64,000 nucleotides of DNA, from contig JAGYNB010000002.1 of assembly GCA_018400015.1 (NCBI GenBank), forward strand, positions 116,555 to 180,554. The letters are read 5' to 3'. The translations under genes and the position numbers were made by a program. Shown in pieces: positions 30,172 to 38,402 of the stretch (its first letter is position 1; each line of letters starts with the position of its first letter). The DNA is from Candidatus Omnitrophota bacterium. GTDB lineage: Bacteria > Omnitrophota > Gorgyraeia > Gygaellales > Gygaellaceae. A model generated the notes under the pieces. That model worked only from the letters and a program-made list of their open reading frames with translations, did no database searches and had not been told where the DNA came from.

Positions 30172-30749
30172 TGAATCTTGCCAATAAAATTACTGTTTCC
30201 AGGGTATTGTTGACTTTTGTTTTTATGTACTTTTTATTTTTGGAAGGTTTAATTTTTAAGATTGTTGCTTTTTTTGTTTTTTCGTTTGCCGCATTGAGTG
30301 ATCTGCTTGACGGTTGGATTGCAAAAACAAGAAACCAAGCCAGCGATTTCGGTAAAATAATGGATCCGATAGCAGATAAAGTGCTGACACTTTCAGCTTT
30401 TTTAAGTTTTGTGCAATTGCAGCTTATTCCTGCCTGGATGGTCGTGATTATTATTTTTAGGGAGTTTATTATTACAAGTTTAAGGCTTTTTGCTTTAAGT
30501 AAAGGTAAAGTCTTGTCAGCTGCCAGATCCGGTAAACACAAGACAGTATCCCAAATGGTGAGCATATTTTTGATTTTAGGTTTTATTATACTTAAAGATA
30601 TGTTCAAGGATACCAGTTTCTGGAACGGGTTAGGTGAAAATCTTTATTTTATTTCTGTCTATGTCGTTATGTTTATTACAGTTATTTTGACTTTGATTTC
30701 AGGTATCTCTTATCTTTGGAATAATAGAAATATTATAATACGATTATGA
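30171..30749 (+). CDS. pgsA: CDP-diacylglycerol--glycerol-3-phosphate 3-phosphatidyltransferase
   Basis: N..T..R, DLLDGWIA...G..MDPIADK, GK.KT..Q. Confidence 0.95.
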   Translation: MNLANKITVSRVLLTFVFMYFLFLEGLIFKIVAFFVFSFAALSDLLDGWIAKTRNQASDFGKIMDPIADKVLTLSAFLSFVQLQLIPAWMVVIIIFREFIITSLRLFALSKGKVLSAARSGKHKTVSQMVSIFLILGFIILKDMFKDTSFWNGLGENLYFISVYVVMFITVILTLISGISYLWNNRNIIIRL

Positions 30750-31195
30750 TAAATTATTTGATAAAATTGATAACTACTTTTTTTTATATCGGTTATATTC
30801 CTTATGTTTCCGGGACAATTGGCAGTCTTGCCGGAATAGCCGTTTACTATTTTATATATAATAGCTTTTTTGTTTATTTATCGGTTTTAATATTTTTTCT
30901 TATTTTGGGTTTTGCTTTAAGCGGTAAGGCAGAAAGAATCTTTGGGAAAAAAGACCCGCGTTTTGTAGTTATTGATGAAGTCTGTGGGATGCTTATTTGT
31001 CTATGGGGTTTAGAATTTGAACTGCGTACAATTGCGGTTAGCTTTATTTTATTCAGGATTTTTGATGTATTAAAACCGTTTCCTATTAAAAGATTTCAGG
31101 ATATAAAGGGAAGCTTTGGTATCATGTTTGATGATTTAGTTGCAAGTATCTATACGATAATCTGTGCTCAGATTGTTTTTAAGTTTATTTCGTAG
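30746..31195 (+). CDS. pgpA: Phosphatidylglycerophosphatase A
   Basis: GTIGSL, DPRFVVIDEVCG, FRIFDVLKPFP, GIMFDD. Confidence 0.93.
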   Translation: MINYLIKLITTFFYIGYIPYVSGTIGSLAGIAVYYFIYNSFFVYLSVLIFFLILGFALSGKAERIFGKKDPRFVVIDEVCGMLICLWGLEFELRTIAVSFILFRIFDVLKPFPIKRFQDIKGSFGIMFDDLVASIYTIICAQIVFKFIS

Positions 31196-31719
31196 AGTTC
31201 TTCATAGACAGGACCACCTTTAGTGAGCGTGCTCTTTAAAAGAGTAATTTTATCTACGAACATTTCTTGATTGAATTCATTTATCGCAGCAACCGCACTT
31301 TTATTTAATTCATTTCTATTCTTAATTCTGGCAATTGTGATGTGCGCTTTAAAGGGCCGATTTTCATTGTCAAACCCAAATTTTGACAAAACTGAATTTA
31401 GTTTTTCAACTAGCGAGTTGATTTCTTTACTGTTTTTAATTCCTATCCATAATATCTTAGGCGAAGAGTTATTCGGAAAAAAACCTATTTTAGATAGTGT
31501 GATTTTAAACATGTGAAAATTCTCAGCAGTTAAAGATAATGCTCTTTTGATTGTTGGGGTTTGTTTATTGCTTATTTCACCAAGAAACTTTAAAGTTAAA
31601 TGGATGTTTTCGGGATGTACGAATTTTATGTTTGGGTTGGTTTTTTTTAATTTTTGTTGGATTTCTTTTATTGCGGAAGTTACTCGGTTTTCTAATTTAA
31701 TAGCAATAAAGCTTCGCAT
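31168..31719 (-). CDS. thpR: RNA 2',3'-cyclic phosphodiesterase (2H family)
   Basis: MR.FIAI and two HxT motifs (HLTLKFLG, HITIAR), S.L...GP.Y. Confidence 0.93.
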   Translation of the reverse strand: MRSFIAIKLENRVTSAIKEIQQKLKKTNPNIKFVHPENIHLTLKFLGEISNKQTPTIKRALSLTAENFHMFKITLSKIGFFPNNSSPKILWIGIKNSKEINSLVEKLNSVLSKFGFDNENRPFKAHITIARIKNRNELNKSAVAAINEFNQEMFVDKITLLKSTLTKGGPVYEELYEINLKTI

Positions 31720-31723
31720 AGTT

Positions 31724-32197
31724 CTATTTTTTTAGATCTTCATATAAAAGTTCAAGTGCCTTAAGGCAACTTTGTTTTCTTATTGATTCTCTTGCGCCAT
31801 TAAAAGAGAATTTATTGCACTGGAGTTTATAATTATTGGCCAAAGCGATATAAACAGTACCTAATTTTTTATTTTTTGTTGCACCGGTTGGCCCGGCAAT
31901 TCCGGTTATGGAAAGAGAAATATCAGTTTTTGCGATTTTTCTGATGTTTTTTGCCATAAGCAGGGCGGTCTGTTTTGAAACAGCTCCATATTTTTCGATT
32001 GTTGATTTGTTGATTTTTAGTAGTTTTGTTTTTGAGTTGTTGCTGTAGGTTACTAAGCCCAGAATAAAATAATGGGAACTTCCCGATAGGGAGGTCATAA
32101 TCGTGGCTAGCATTCCGCCAGTGCAGGATTCAGCCAAGGAGATGGTTTTGTTTTTGTTTATCAGTAAGTTATGGATTGTATTTATTTTAGTTTTCAT
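31724..32197 (-). CDS. cinA: CinA C-terminal domain / NMN deamidase PncC
   Basis: AESCTGG, GSS.YF, TYSN..K, GAVS, TGIAGP.G; start set at ATG 32197. Confidence 0.9.
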   Translation of the reverse strand: MKTKINTIHNLLINKNKTISLAESCTGGMLATIMTSLSGSSHYFILGLVTYSNNSKTKLLKINKSTIEKYGAVSKQTALLMAKNIRKIAKTDISLSITGIAGPTGATKNKKLGTVYIALANNYKLQCNKFSFNGARESIRKQSCLKALELLYEDLKK

Positions 32198-32225
32198 GCA
32201 TATAAATAAGTGTATTATTAAGTCA

Positions 32226-32254
32226 ATTATATGTATTTTGACGCCTATTGACAA
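32226..32254 (-). promoter_or_regulatory. Sigma70 promoter for cinA-thpR
   Basis: Minus strand TTGTCA (32254-49), 17 bp spacer, TATAAT (32231-26). Confidence 0.6.
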
Positions 32255-32275
32255 GGTATAATTTTATGGTATACT
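32248..32275 (+). promoter_or_regulatory. Sigma70 promoter of the rib operon
   Basis: TTGACA (32248-53), 16 bp spacer, extended -10 TGgTATACT (32270-75), just upstream of the FMN aptamer. Confidence 0.78.
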
Positions 32276-32288
32276 TTTATCTAGATTT

Positions 32289-32400
32289 AATCTTCAGGGC
32301 ATGGTGAAATTCCTGACCGGCGGTTGTAGCCCGCGAGTCTTATAAAAAGACAGATCTGGTTGATTCCAGAGCCGATGGTAAAGTCCAGATGAAAGAAGAT
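32289..32400 (+). ncRNA. FMN riboswitch (RFN element)
   Basis: ATCTTCAGGGC.TGGTGAAATTCC..ACCGGCGGT..AGCCCGCGAG...GATCTGGT.GATTCCAGAGCCGA.GGT.AAGTCC.GATGAAAGAAGA matches the RFN consensus; lies upstream of ribBA. Confidence 0.96.
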
Positions 32401-32412
32401 GAATTCTTTATG

Positions 32413-32440
32413 CCCGAAGATTGTCTTCGGGATTTTTTTT
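32413..32440 (+). terminator. Riboswitch-controlled terminator
   Basis: CCCGAAGA-ttg-TCTTCGGG-a-T8. Its 5' arm (ATGCCCGAAGATT) is complementary to the aptamer 5' strand AATCTTC(A)GGGCAT, forming an antiterminator. Confidence 0.9.
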
Positions 32441-32454
32441 ACAAAATTAAAAAC

Positions 32455-33666
32455 ATGTTTAATTCTATAACAGAGATATTGGAAGATATAAAAAATGGCC
32501 GCATGGTTATTGTTGTCGATGATGAAGCCAGAGAAAACGAAGGTGATCTTGTTATGGCTTCTTCGTTTGCCGCAGCCGAGAGTATAAATTTTATGGCTAA
32601 ATATGGCCGTGGGCTTATTTGTATTTCTTTGGATGAAGATAGATTAAAACAGTTAGATATTGGGCCGATGGCCGAGATGAGCGATAAGAAAAAAGATAAG
32701 TTTTCCACAGCCTGGATGCTTTCTGTAGATTCTGCATCAGGAATCACTACAGGTATTTCTGCTTATGACCGAGCATATACAATAAAGGTGCTTATTGATT
32801 CAGATTCAAAACCCGAAGATTTGATTCGTCCAGGACATTTATTTCCTCTTTGTGCTAAGAAAGGCGGGGTATTGGTAAGGGCGGGTCATACCGAAGCTGC
32901 AATTGACCTGGCAAGACTCGCTGGGCTTTTTCCTTCAGGTGTAATTTGCGAGATAATGAATGAAGACGGTTCGATGAGCAGAACCGATGATTTAAAAAAC
33001 TTTGCTAAAAAACACGGCCTTAAGATTTGTAGTATAGCTGATCTTATAAAATACAGAAGAGAACAAGAGATACTTATTAAACGTGTTACAGAAACTATGC
33101 TTCCTACTTCTTTTGGAGATTTTAAATTGGTAGGGTATGAATCTTTGATAGATTCTCAGCATCATTTGGCTTTAATTATGGGGGATTTATCAAAAGTTGA
33201 TTTAGAAAAAGAATCTATTCTTGTAAGGGTGCATTCTGAGTGTTTAACCGGAGACGTATTCGCTTCCAAAAGATGCGATTGTGGAGAACAATTGCAGAAT
33301 TCCCTGCGTATGATTAAAGAAGAAGGCCGGGGTATAGTTTTATATATGAGACAGGAAGGACGCGGGATAGGCCTTGCGAATAAATTGATGGCATATCATT
33401 TGCAAGATAAAGGTTATGATACCGTGCAGGCCAATGAAGCATTGGGTTTTCCTGCTGATTTAAGAGACTATGGAATAGGAGCTCAAATTCTTGTTAATCT
33501 TGGAGTTAAGAAAATTAGACTTTTAACCAATAATCCGCGTAAGATAATTGGCTTAGAAGGCTATGGTTTAAAAGTTGAAGAAAGAATTCCCATAAAAGGA
33601 ACTATACATTCAAGCAATGAGTTTTATTTAAAGACAAAAAAAGAAAAATTAGGGCATCTTTTCTAA
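32455..33666 (+). CDS. ribBA: Bifunctional DHBP synthase / GTP cyclohydrolase II
   Basis: [52 protein letters not shown]. Start at ATG 32455; the longer ORF start lies inside the riboswitch. Confidence 0.97.
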   Translation: MFNSITEILEDIKNGRMVIVVDDEARENEGDLVMASSFAAAESINFMAKYGRGLICISLDEDRLKQLDIGPMAEMSDKKKDKFSTAWMLSVDSASGITTGISAYDRAYTIKVLIDSDSKPEDLIRPGHLFPLCAKKGGVLVRAGHTEAAIDLARLAGLFPSGVICEIMNEDGSMSRTDDLKNFAKKHGLKICSIADLIKYRREQEILIKRVTETMLPTSFGDFKLVGYESLIDSQHHLALIMGDLSKVDLEKESILVRVHSECLTGDVFASKRCDCGEQLQNSLRMIKEEGRGIVLYMRQEGRGIGLANKLMAYHLQDKGYDTVQANEALGFPADLRDYGIGAQILVNLGVKKIRLLTNNPRKIIGLEGYGLKVEERIPIKGTIHSSNEFYLKTKKEKLGHLF

Positions 33667-33679
33667 AAAAGGAGGTCAT

Positions 33680-34147
33680 ATGAAAAGAGTTTTACAGGGT
33701 GATTTGATAGCTAAGGGTAAAAAGATCGCTATTGTTGTTTCTCGTTTTAATGATTTTATTACCCAGAAATTGCTCGACGGTTGCGTCGATACATTAACCA
33801 GGCACGGCATATCAGAAACTGACATTGAGGTTGCTTGGGTACCGGGTGCATTTGAGATTCCGCAGGTTGCTTCATTGATTGCAAAAAGTAAAAAGGCAGA
33901 TGCAGTTATCTGTTTAGGTGCTATAATAAGGGGAGCAACACCTCATTTTGACTATGTGGCAAGCGAAGCAGCAAAAGGGATTTCCAAGATAGCTTTAGAT
34001 TCTGCAATACCAGTTACTTTCGGAGTTGTTACAGCTGATAATCTGGAACAGGCCATAGAACGCTGCGGGACAAAAGAAGGTAATAAAGGCAAAGATGCGG
34101 CAGTTAATGCAATCGAAATGATAAATTTGCTTAAAAAGATAAGATAA
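33680..34147 (+). CDS. ribH: 6,7-dimethyl-8-ribityllumazine synthase
   Basis: [27 protein letters not shown]. Confidence 0.97.
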   Translation: MKRVLQGDLIAKGKKIAIVVSRFNDFITQKLLDGCVDTLTRHGISETDIEVAWVPGAFEIPQVASLIAKSKKADAVICLGAIIRGATPHFDYVASEAAKGISKIALDSAIPVTFGVVTADNLEQAIERCGTKEGNKGKDAAVNAIEMINLLKKIR

Positions 34148-34170
34148 TTTATAGAAATTGAATTTATTCA

Positions 34171-34608
34171 ATGAGAAAACGCACTCTTTCTAGAGAAAAC
34201 GCCCTGAAGATTCTTTATCAGATGGACGTAGTTTATAAAGAAGAACAGGATATCGATCAAATTGTTAATAATTTTTTCGATGAGCAGGATATTATCGATA
34301 AAAGAATTAAGGATTTTGCCTATAAGTTAGTAATGGGTGTTAAAGATAATCTTGCATTGATCGATAAGAAGATTAGCGATTATGCCGCGAATTGGGAGCT
34401 TGACAGGATGGCTGTGATCGATAAAAATATCTTACGGATTGGTTGTTTTGAGTTGATGTTCTTAGACGATATCCCAATTAAAGTTGCTATAAACGAAGCT
34501 GTTGAAATAGCAAAGAAATATTCTGGGGCAGAATCTAGCAAGTTCGTTAACGGGATTCTCGACAGGATAAAATCAGAGCGTTTAAATTCAAAAACCACCG
34601 CTTCATAA
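34171..34608 (+). CDS. nusB: Transcription antitermination factor NusB
   Basis: R..SRE.A...LYQ, W..DR...ID..ILR, INEAVEIAKKY, FVNGILD. Confidence 0.96.
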   Translation: MRKRTLSRENALKILYQMDVVYKEEQDIDQIVNNFFDEQDIIDKRIKDFAYKLVMGVKDNLALIDKKISDYAANWELDRMAVIDKNILRIGCFELMFLDDIPIKVAINEAVEIAKKYSGAESSKFVNGILDRIKSERLNSKTTAS

Positions 34609-34624
34609 TTTCTCGTTATTATTT

Positions 34625-35455
34625 ATGAAATACGCAGACTTGCATCTGCATACTTATTTTTCAGACGGCACATATAGTGTCGAAGAGCTCTTGGAACAAG
34701 CGCTTAAGAACGATCTTTCCTGTATTGCCATAACCGACCACGATACGATAGACGGATACAGTTATTTCAAGAAAAACTTATCTAAATTTCCTTTGGAGGT
34801 AATTTGTGGAATTGAGCTTACCTGCGATATGAACGGAAAAGAGGTTCATATTTTAGGTTATTTTATTGACGATAAAAACATTATTTTAACCAAAACTCTC
34901 GATAAAATTAAAAAGGATCGTAAAAAACGTATTCATGAAATGGTCTTTAAACTAAAAAGTTTAGGCGTTGGTCTTGATTCTAAAGATGTGTTTGACCTGG
35001 CGGAAAAAGGAGTTGTAGGAAGATTACATCTTGCCAGAGTTATGGTAGAGAAAGGTTATTGTAGCTCGACAAAAGAAGCTTTTTTTAAATATATAGGAGA
35101 TGAATCTCCGGCATATGTGAATAGGTTCTTATTAACGCCCGAGAAAGCTGTTGAATTGATTACGCAGGCAAAAGGAATTCCTGTGTTAGCGCATCCTTAT
35201 ATGTTGCATAAGAATGGATCTGTGGGTGCGCTTATTGACGCCGGTATCAAAGGGATAGAAGTTTATTATCCTGAGCATAGTAAAAAGCAGATAAAAGAAT
35301 TTCTGGATATTGCTAAGAAGAATAATTTGTTGGTTACTGGCGGTTCGGATTGCCATGGTCATGCTAAATCGTCAAAGGTAATCGGCAGGATAAAGCTTCC
35401 TTATTCTTCAGTGGAAGCGCTTAAAAAAGTCAGACAAAATGCCAGCAAAGAATAA
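34625..35455 (+). CDS. PHP-domain metal-dependent phosphoesterase (YciV/TrpH-like)
   Basis: DLHLHT..SDG, TDHD, GIE, HILG, AHP, GIEVYY..H, GGSDCHG. Confidence 0.9.
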   Translation: MKYADLHLHTYFSDGTYSVEELLEQALKNDLSCIAITDHDTIDGYSYFKKNLSKFPLEVICGIELTCDMNGKEVHILGYFIDDKNIILTKTLDKIKKDRKKRIHEMVFKLKSLGVGLDSKDVFDLAEKGVVGRLHLARVMVEKGYCSSTKEAFFKYIGDESPAYVNRFLLTPEKAVELITQAKGIPVLAHPYMLHKNGSVGALIDAGIKGIEVYYPEHSKKQIKEFLDIAKKNNLLVTGGSDCHGHAKSSKVIGRIKLPYSSVEALKKVRQNASKE

Positions 35456-36533
35456 AGATAAAAAATATATGTCTTTAGCGATTTCACTTGCTTTAATCGC
35501 TAGAGGGAAAACTTTTCCTAATCCTCTTGTGGGAGCAGTAGTTGTGAAGAATAATCGTATAATAGGCAAAGGATATCATAAAAAAGCCGGTTGTGACCAT
35601 GCAGAAATTGCTGCTTTAAAAAAAGCTGGCAATAAAGCTAAAGGAGCAGAGCTTTATATAACGTTGGAGCCTTGCACTCACCATGGAAGAACCCCTCCTT
35701 GTGTGAGAGAAATTGTGAAATCAGGCATAAAAAAAGTGGTTATTGCTATGCTTGATCCTAACCCTGTTAATACTTCAAGGGGTGTATCGATTTTAAGATC
35801 TCACGGCGTAAAAGTCAAAGTAGGCGTTCTTGAAAATGAAGCCAAGAAAATAAACGATTGGTTTGTCAAATATATTACAAAAGATAAGCCTTATGTGACA
35901 GTTAAGGTCGGTCAGAGTCTTGATGGCAGAATTGCCACGAGTCGTTTCCAGTCGAAATGGATCACTTCAGAGAAGGCAAGGGTTTTTTCACACCGACAAA
36001 GACGCTATTTTGATTCGGTAATGTTGGGTATTAATACAGTTATTAAAGACGATCCTACTTTAAAAGAATTTAAGACTAAAATAGTGGTTGATTCTAATCT
36101 TAGAATCCCTTTAAATTCCCGATTATTTGACGGCACATCAAGAGTTATCATTGCTTGTGTTCATTCTAGATTAAAAGAATTAGAAGGAATGGCAGGAAAA
36201 ATAAACAGTCTTAAGCAAAAAGGCGTAATAATTATTAAATTAAAGCAAAAAGGTGCCAAGGTAGATCTAAAACAGCTTATGAGAAAATTAGCCGATTTAG
36301 AAATAGCTAATATTCTCGTTGAGGGTGGTGGAGAGTTGATCGGTTCTCTTTTCGACAATAAACTTGTAGACAGGATTTTGTTTTTTATTGCACCCAAGAT
36401 TATCGGGGGAAAATCAGCGGTTAGTTCTGTAGAAGGTCAAGGCAGGGATCTTATTTACCAGTCTGTAAAAATTAAAAACTTAGTAGTTAAGAAAATTGGT
36501 TGTGATTATTTTTTTGACGGCGAGGTAGAATAA
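35439..36533 (+). CDS. ribD: Bifunctional pyrimidine deaminase/reductase RibD
   Basis: PNP.VG, HAE, LEPC.H.GRTPPC, SLDG, WIT, VEGGG. Confidence 0.96.
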   Translation: MPAKNKDKKYMSLAISLALIARGKTFPNPLVGAVVVKNNRIIGKGYHKKAGCDHAEIAALKKAGNKAKGAELYITLEPCTHHGRTPPCVREIVKSGIKKVVIAMLDPNPVNTSRGVSILRSHGVKVKVGVLENEAKKINDWFVKYITKDKPYVTVKVGQSLDGRIATSRFQSKWITSEKARVFSHRQRRYFDSVMLGINTVIKDDPTLKEFKTKIVVDSNLRIPLNSRLFDGTSRVIIACVHSRLKELEGMAGKINSLKQKGVIIIKLKQKGAKVDLKQLMRKLADLEIANILVEGGGELIGSLFDNKLVDRILFFIAPKIIGGKSAVSSVEGQGRDLIYQSVKIKNLVVKKIGCDYFFDGEVE

Positions 36534-36535
36534 TA

Positions 36536-37168
36536 ATGTTTACGGGAATTATTGAAGAATTAGGCCGTATAAAAAATAAAAAATCTACAAGTAGAGGTTG
36601 TATTTTATCTGTAGAGTCTGATTTTGTGTACGATAAGGTTAAGTCTGCCGACAGTGTAAGTGTTAATGGTGTTTGTTTGACTGTTACTGTAAAAAAGGAT
36701 AGATGTTTGAATTTTGATGTTATGCAAGAGACTTTAGTGAAAACCAACCTTAATTTCATCAAACCTAATGATTATGTTAATTTAGAATGCGCCTTAAGAG
36801 CTCAGGATACGCTGAGCGGTCATTTTGTTACAGGACATATTGATACAACCGTGAAAATAAAAGAAATATCAGATGATAAGAGTTATGTTGAATTAATTTT
36901 AGATGATAAATTTAAACCCTTTGTCGTGGAAAAGGGATCTGTTGCCTTAGATGGAATAAGTCTGACTGTAGGAAAAATAACTCAAAGTGGTTTTATTGTT
37001 TATCTTATTCCTTTTAGTATAGAGCATACTAATTTAAAATACAGGAAAAAAAACGATTTTCTAAATCTGGAATGTGATATTCTGGCTAAATATGTAAATA
37101 ATGCCCTCCAAAACAAGAACAAATCTGCAATTACAAAGTCTTTTCTTGAGGATCACGGTTTTATCTAA
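36536..37168 (+). CDS. ribE: Riboflavin synthase alpha chain
   Basis: MFTGII, NGVCLTV, GHFVTGHID, DGISLTV, NLE.D. Confidence 0.96.
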   Translation: MFTGIIEELGRIKNKKSTSRGCILSVESDFVYDKVKSADSVSVNGVCLTVTVKKDRCLNFDVMQETLVKTNLNFIKPNDYVNLECALRAQDTLSGHFVTGHIDTTVKIKEISDDKSYVELILDDKFKPFVVEKGSVALDGISLTVGKITQSGFIVYLIPFSIEHTNLKYRKKNDFLNLECDILAKYVNNALQNKNKSAITKSFLEDHGFI

Positions 37169-37313
37169 GAAGTTGCGAAAGCCTTGATTTTGTGTTAAAC
37201 TAACTATTTAGATGGCAACAGGTTATAACGTAACAAGCGGCTGGAATTACGCGCATTGAAAGGGTGTATTTTGTCCCCTTTAGCTTAATTATATTGTTAA
37301 AATAGTTTTTTCT

Positions 37314-37391
37314 CGGGGAGTGGCTCAGTTTGGCTAGAGCGCAACGTTCGGGACGTTGAGGTCGTGGGTTCAAGTCCCACCTCCCCGACCA
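37314..37391 (+). tRNA. tRNA-Pro (anticodon CGG), CCA encoded
   Basis: Acceptor stem CGGGGAG/CTCCCCG, D-arm GCTC/GAGC, anticodon arm CAACG-TTCGGGA-CGTTG, T-arm GTGGG-TTCAAGT-CCCAC, 3' ACCA; upstream extended -10 TGtTAAAAT at 37295-37303. Confidence 0.97.
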
Positions 37392-37400
37392 GGAAAATAT

Positions 37401-37673
37401 ATGAAATATCAAGTACAGGTTATTTATTCAGGAAGAGTCCAAGGCGTAGGTTTTAGGTATAATGTAGACAACATCGCTAAAGTAATGAATATATTTGGAT
37501 GGATTAAGAATTTAGAAGATGGCCGGGTAATACTTGTTGCCGAGGCAGAAAAAGATATGTTGGAGAAGTTTTTAGATCAGATTAATAATTTCTTCTCGGA
37601 TTATATAAATGGCTCTAAGGTAGAATGGTTTGACAGCATCGACCATTTTAATAATTTCGAGGTTAAGTTTTAG
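37401..37673 (+). CDS. acyP: Acylphosphatase
   Basis: GRVQGVGFR and GWIKN..DG.V; start at ATG 37401 (the longer ORF runs through the tRNA). Confidence 0.93.
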   Translation: MKYQVQVIYSGRVQGVGFRYNVDNIAKVMNIFGWIKNLEDGRVILVAEAEKDMLEKFLDQINNFFSDYINGSKVEWFDSIDHFNNFEVKF

Positions 37674-38401
37674 TGCGTTATGCAATTATTTCTGATATCC
37701 ATAGTAATTTTGAGGCTTTTGAGGCAGCACTTGTTGTTTTAAAAAGCGAAGGTATTGATAAATATCTTTGTATCGGCGATATAGTAGGTTATGGCGTTGA
37801 TATCGATAGGTGCATTGAGCTTTTGCATTCATTGGATTTTATCTCTGTTGCCGGAAATCATGACTGGGCAAGCGCAGGAAAATTTGCTTTGGAAAATTTT
37901 AATACCATGGCAAAAGAAGCTATTCTGTACACGCGTGAAAAGATAAACGAAGAAGACTTAGATTTTCTAAGCGGGCTGAAGTTAACTTTCGAGGAAGATA
38001 ATTTTATTTTAGTTCACGGTAGTCTGGTGGATCCAGAGAATTTTAATTATATTATAGACGGTTATTCTGCCCAGGAATCTTTCTTGCAGCTTAAAAAGCA
38101 AATTTGCTTTATCGGTCATAGCCATGTCAACGAAATTTATATTCTATTGCCGGACGGCAGAGTAATCCATTCTAGCGATAAGCAAATAATTCTGAATAAT
38201 AAAAATAACTATATAGTTAATGTTGGAAGTATTGGTCAGCCAAGGGATGGCAATCCATTATCTTGTTTTTGTATTTATGATTCAAGCAAAAGGCAAGTAA
38301 GCTTTGTAAGGGAAAAATACGACGTAAAAGCAACTCGGGATAAGATAATTAAAGCAGGTCTACCTTTATTTTTAGGCGATAGGCTTGTTAATGGGCAGTA
38401 A
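37673..38401 (+). CDS. Calcineurin-like metallophosphoesterase
   Basis: SDIHSN, GDIVGYG, GNHD, HGS, GHSH, NVGSIGQPRDG. Confidence 0.9.
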   Translation: MRYAIISDIHSNFEAFEAALVVLKSEGIDKYLCIGDIVGYGVDIDRCIELLHSLDFISVAGNHDWASAGKFALENFNTMAKEAILYTREKINEEDLDFLSGLKLTFEEDNFILVHGSLVDPENFNYIIDGYSAQESFLQLKKQICFIGHSHVNEIYILLPDGRVIHSSDKQIILNNKNNYIVNVGSIGQPRDGNPLSCFCIYDSSKRQVSFVREKYDVKATRDKIIKAGLPLFLGDRLVNGQ

Positions 38402-38402
38402 A

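Noticed and set aside
32389-32454. N-terminal extension of ribBA in the ORF track
   Set aside because: It overlaps the FMN aptamer and terminator; the real start is more plausibly ATG 32455.
37200-37412. Minus-strand 70-aa ORF (WSGRWDLNPRP...) and the 37356 start for acyP
   Set aside because: Both are translations of the tRNA-Pro gene.
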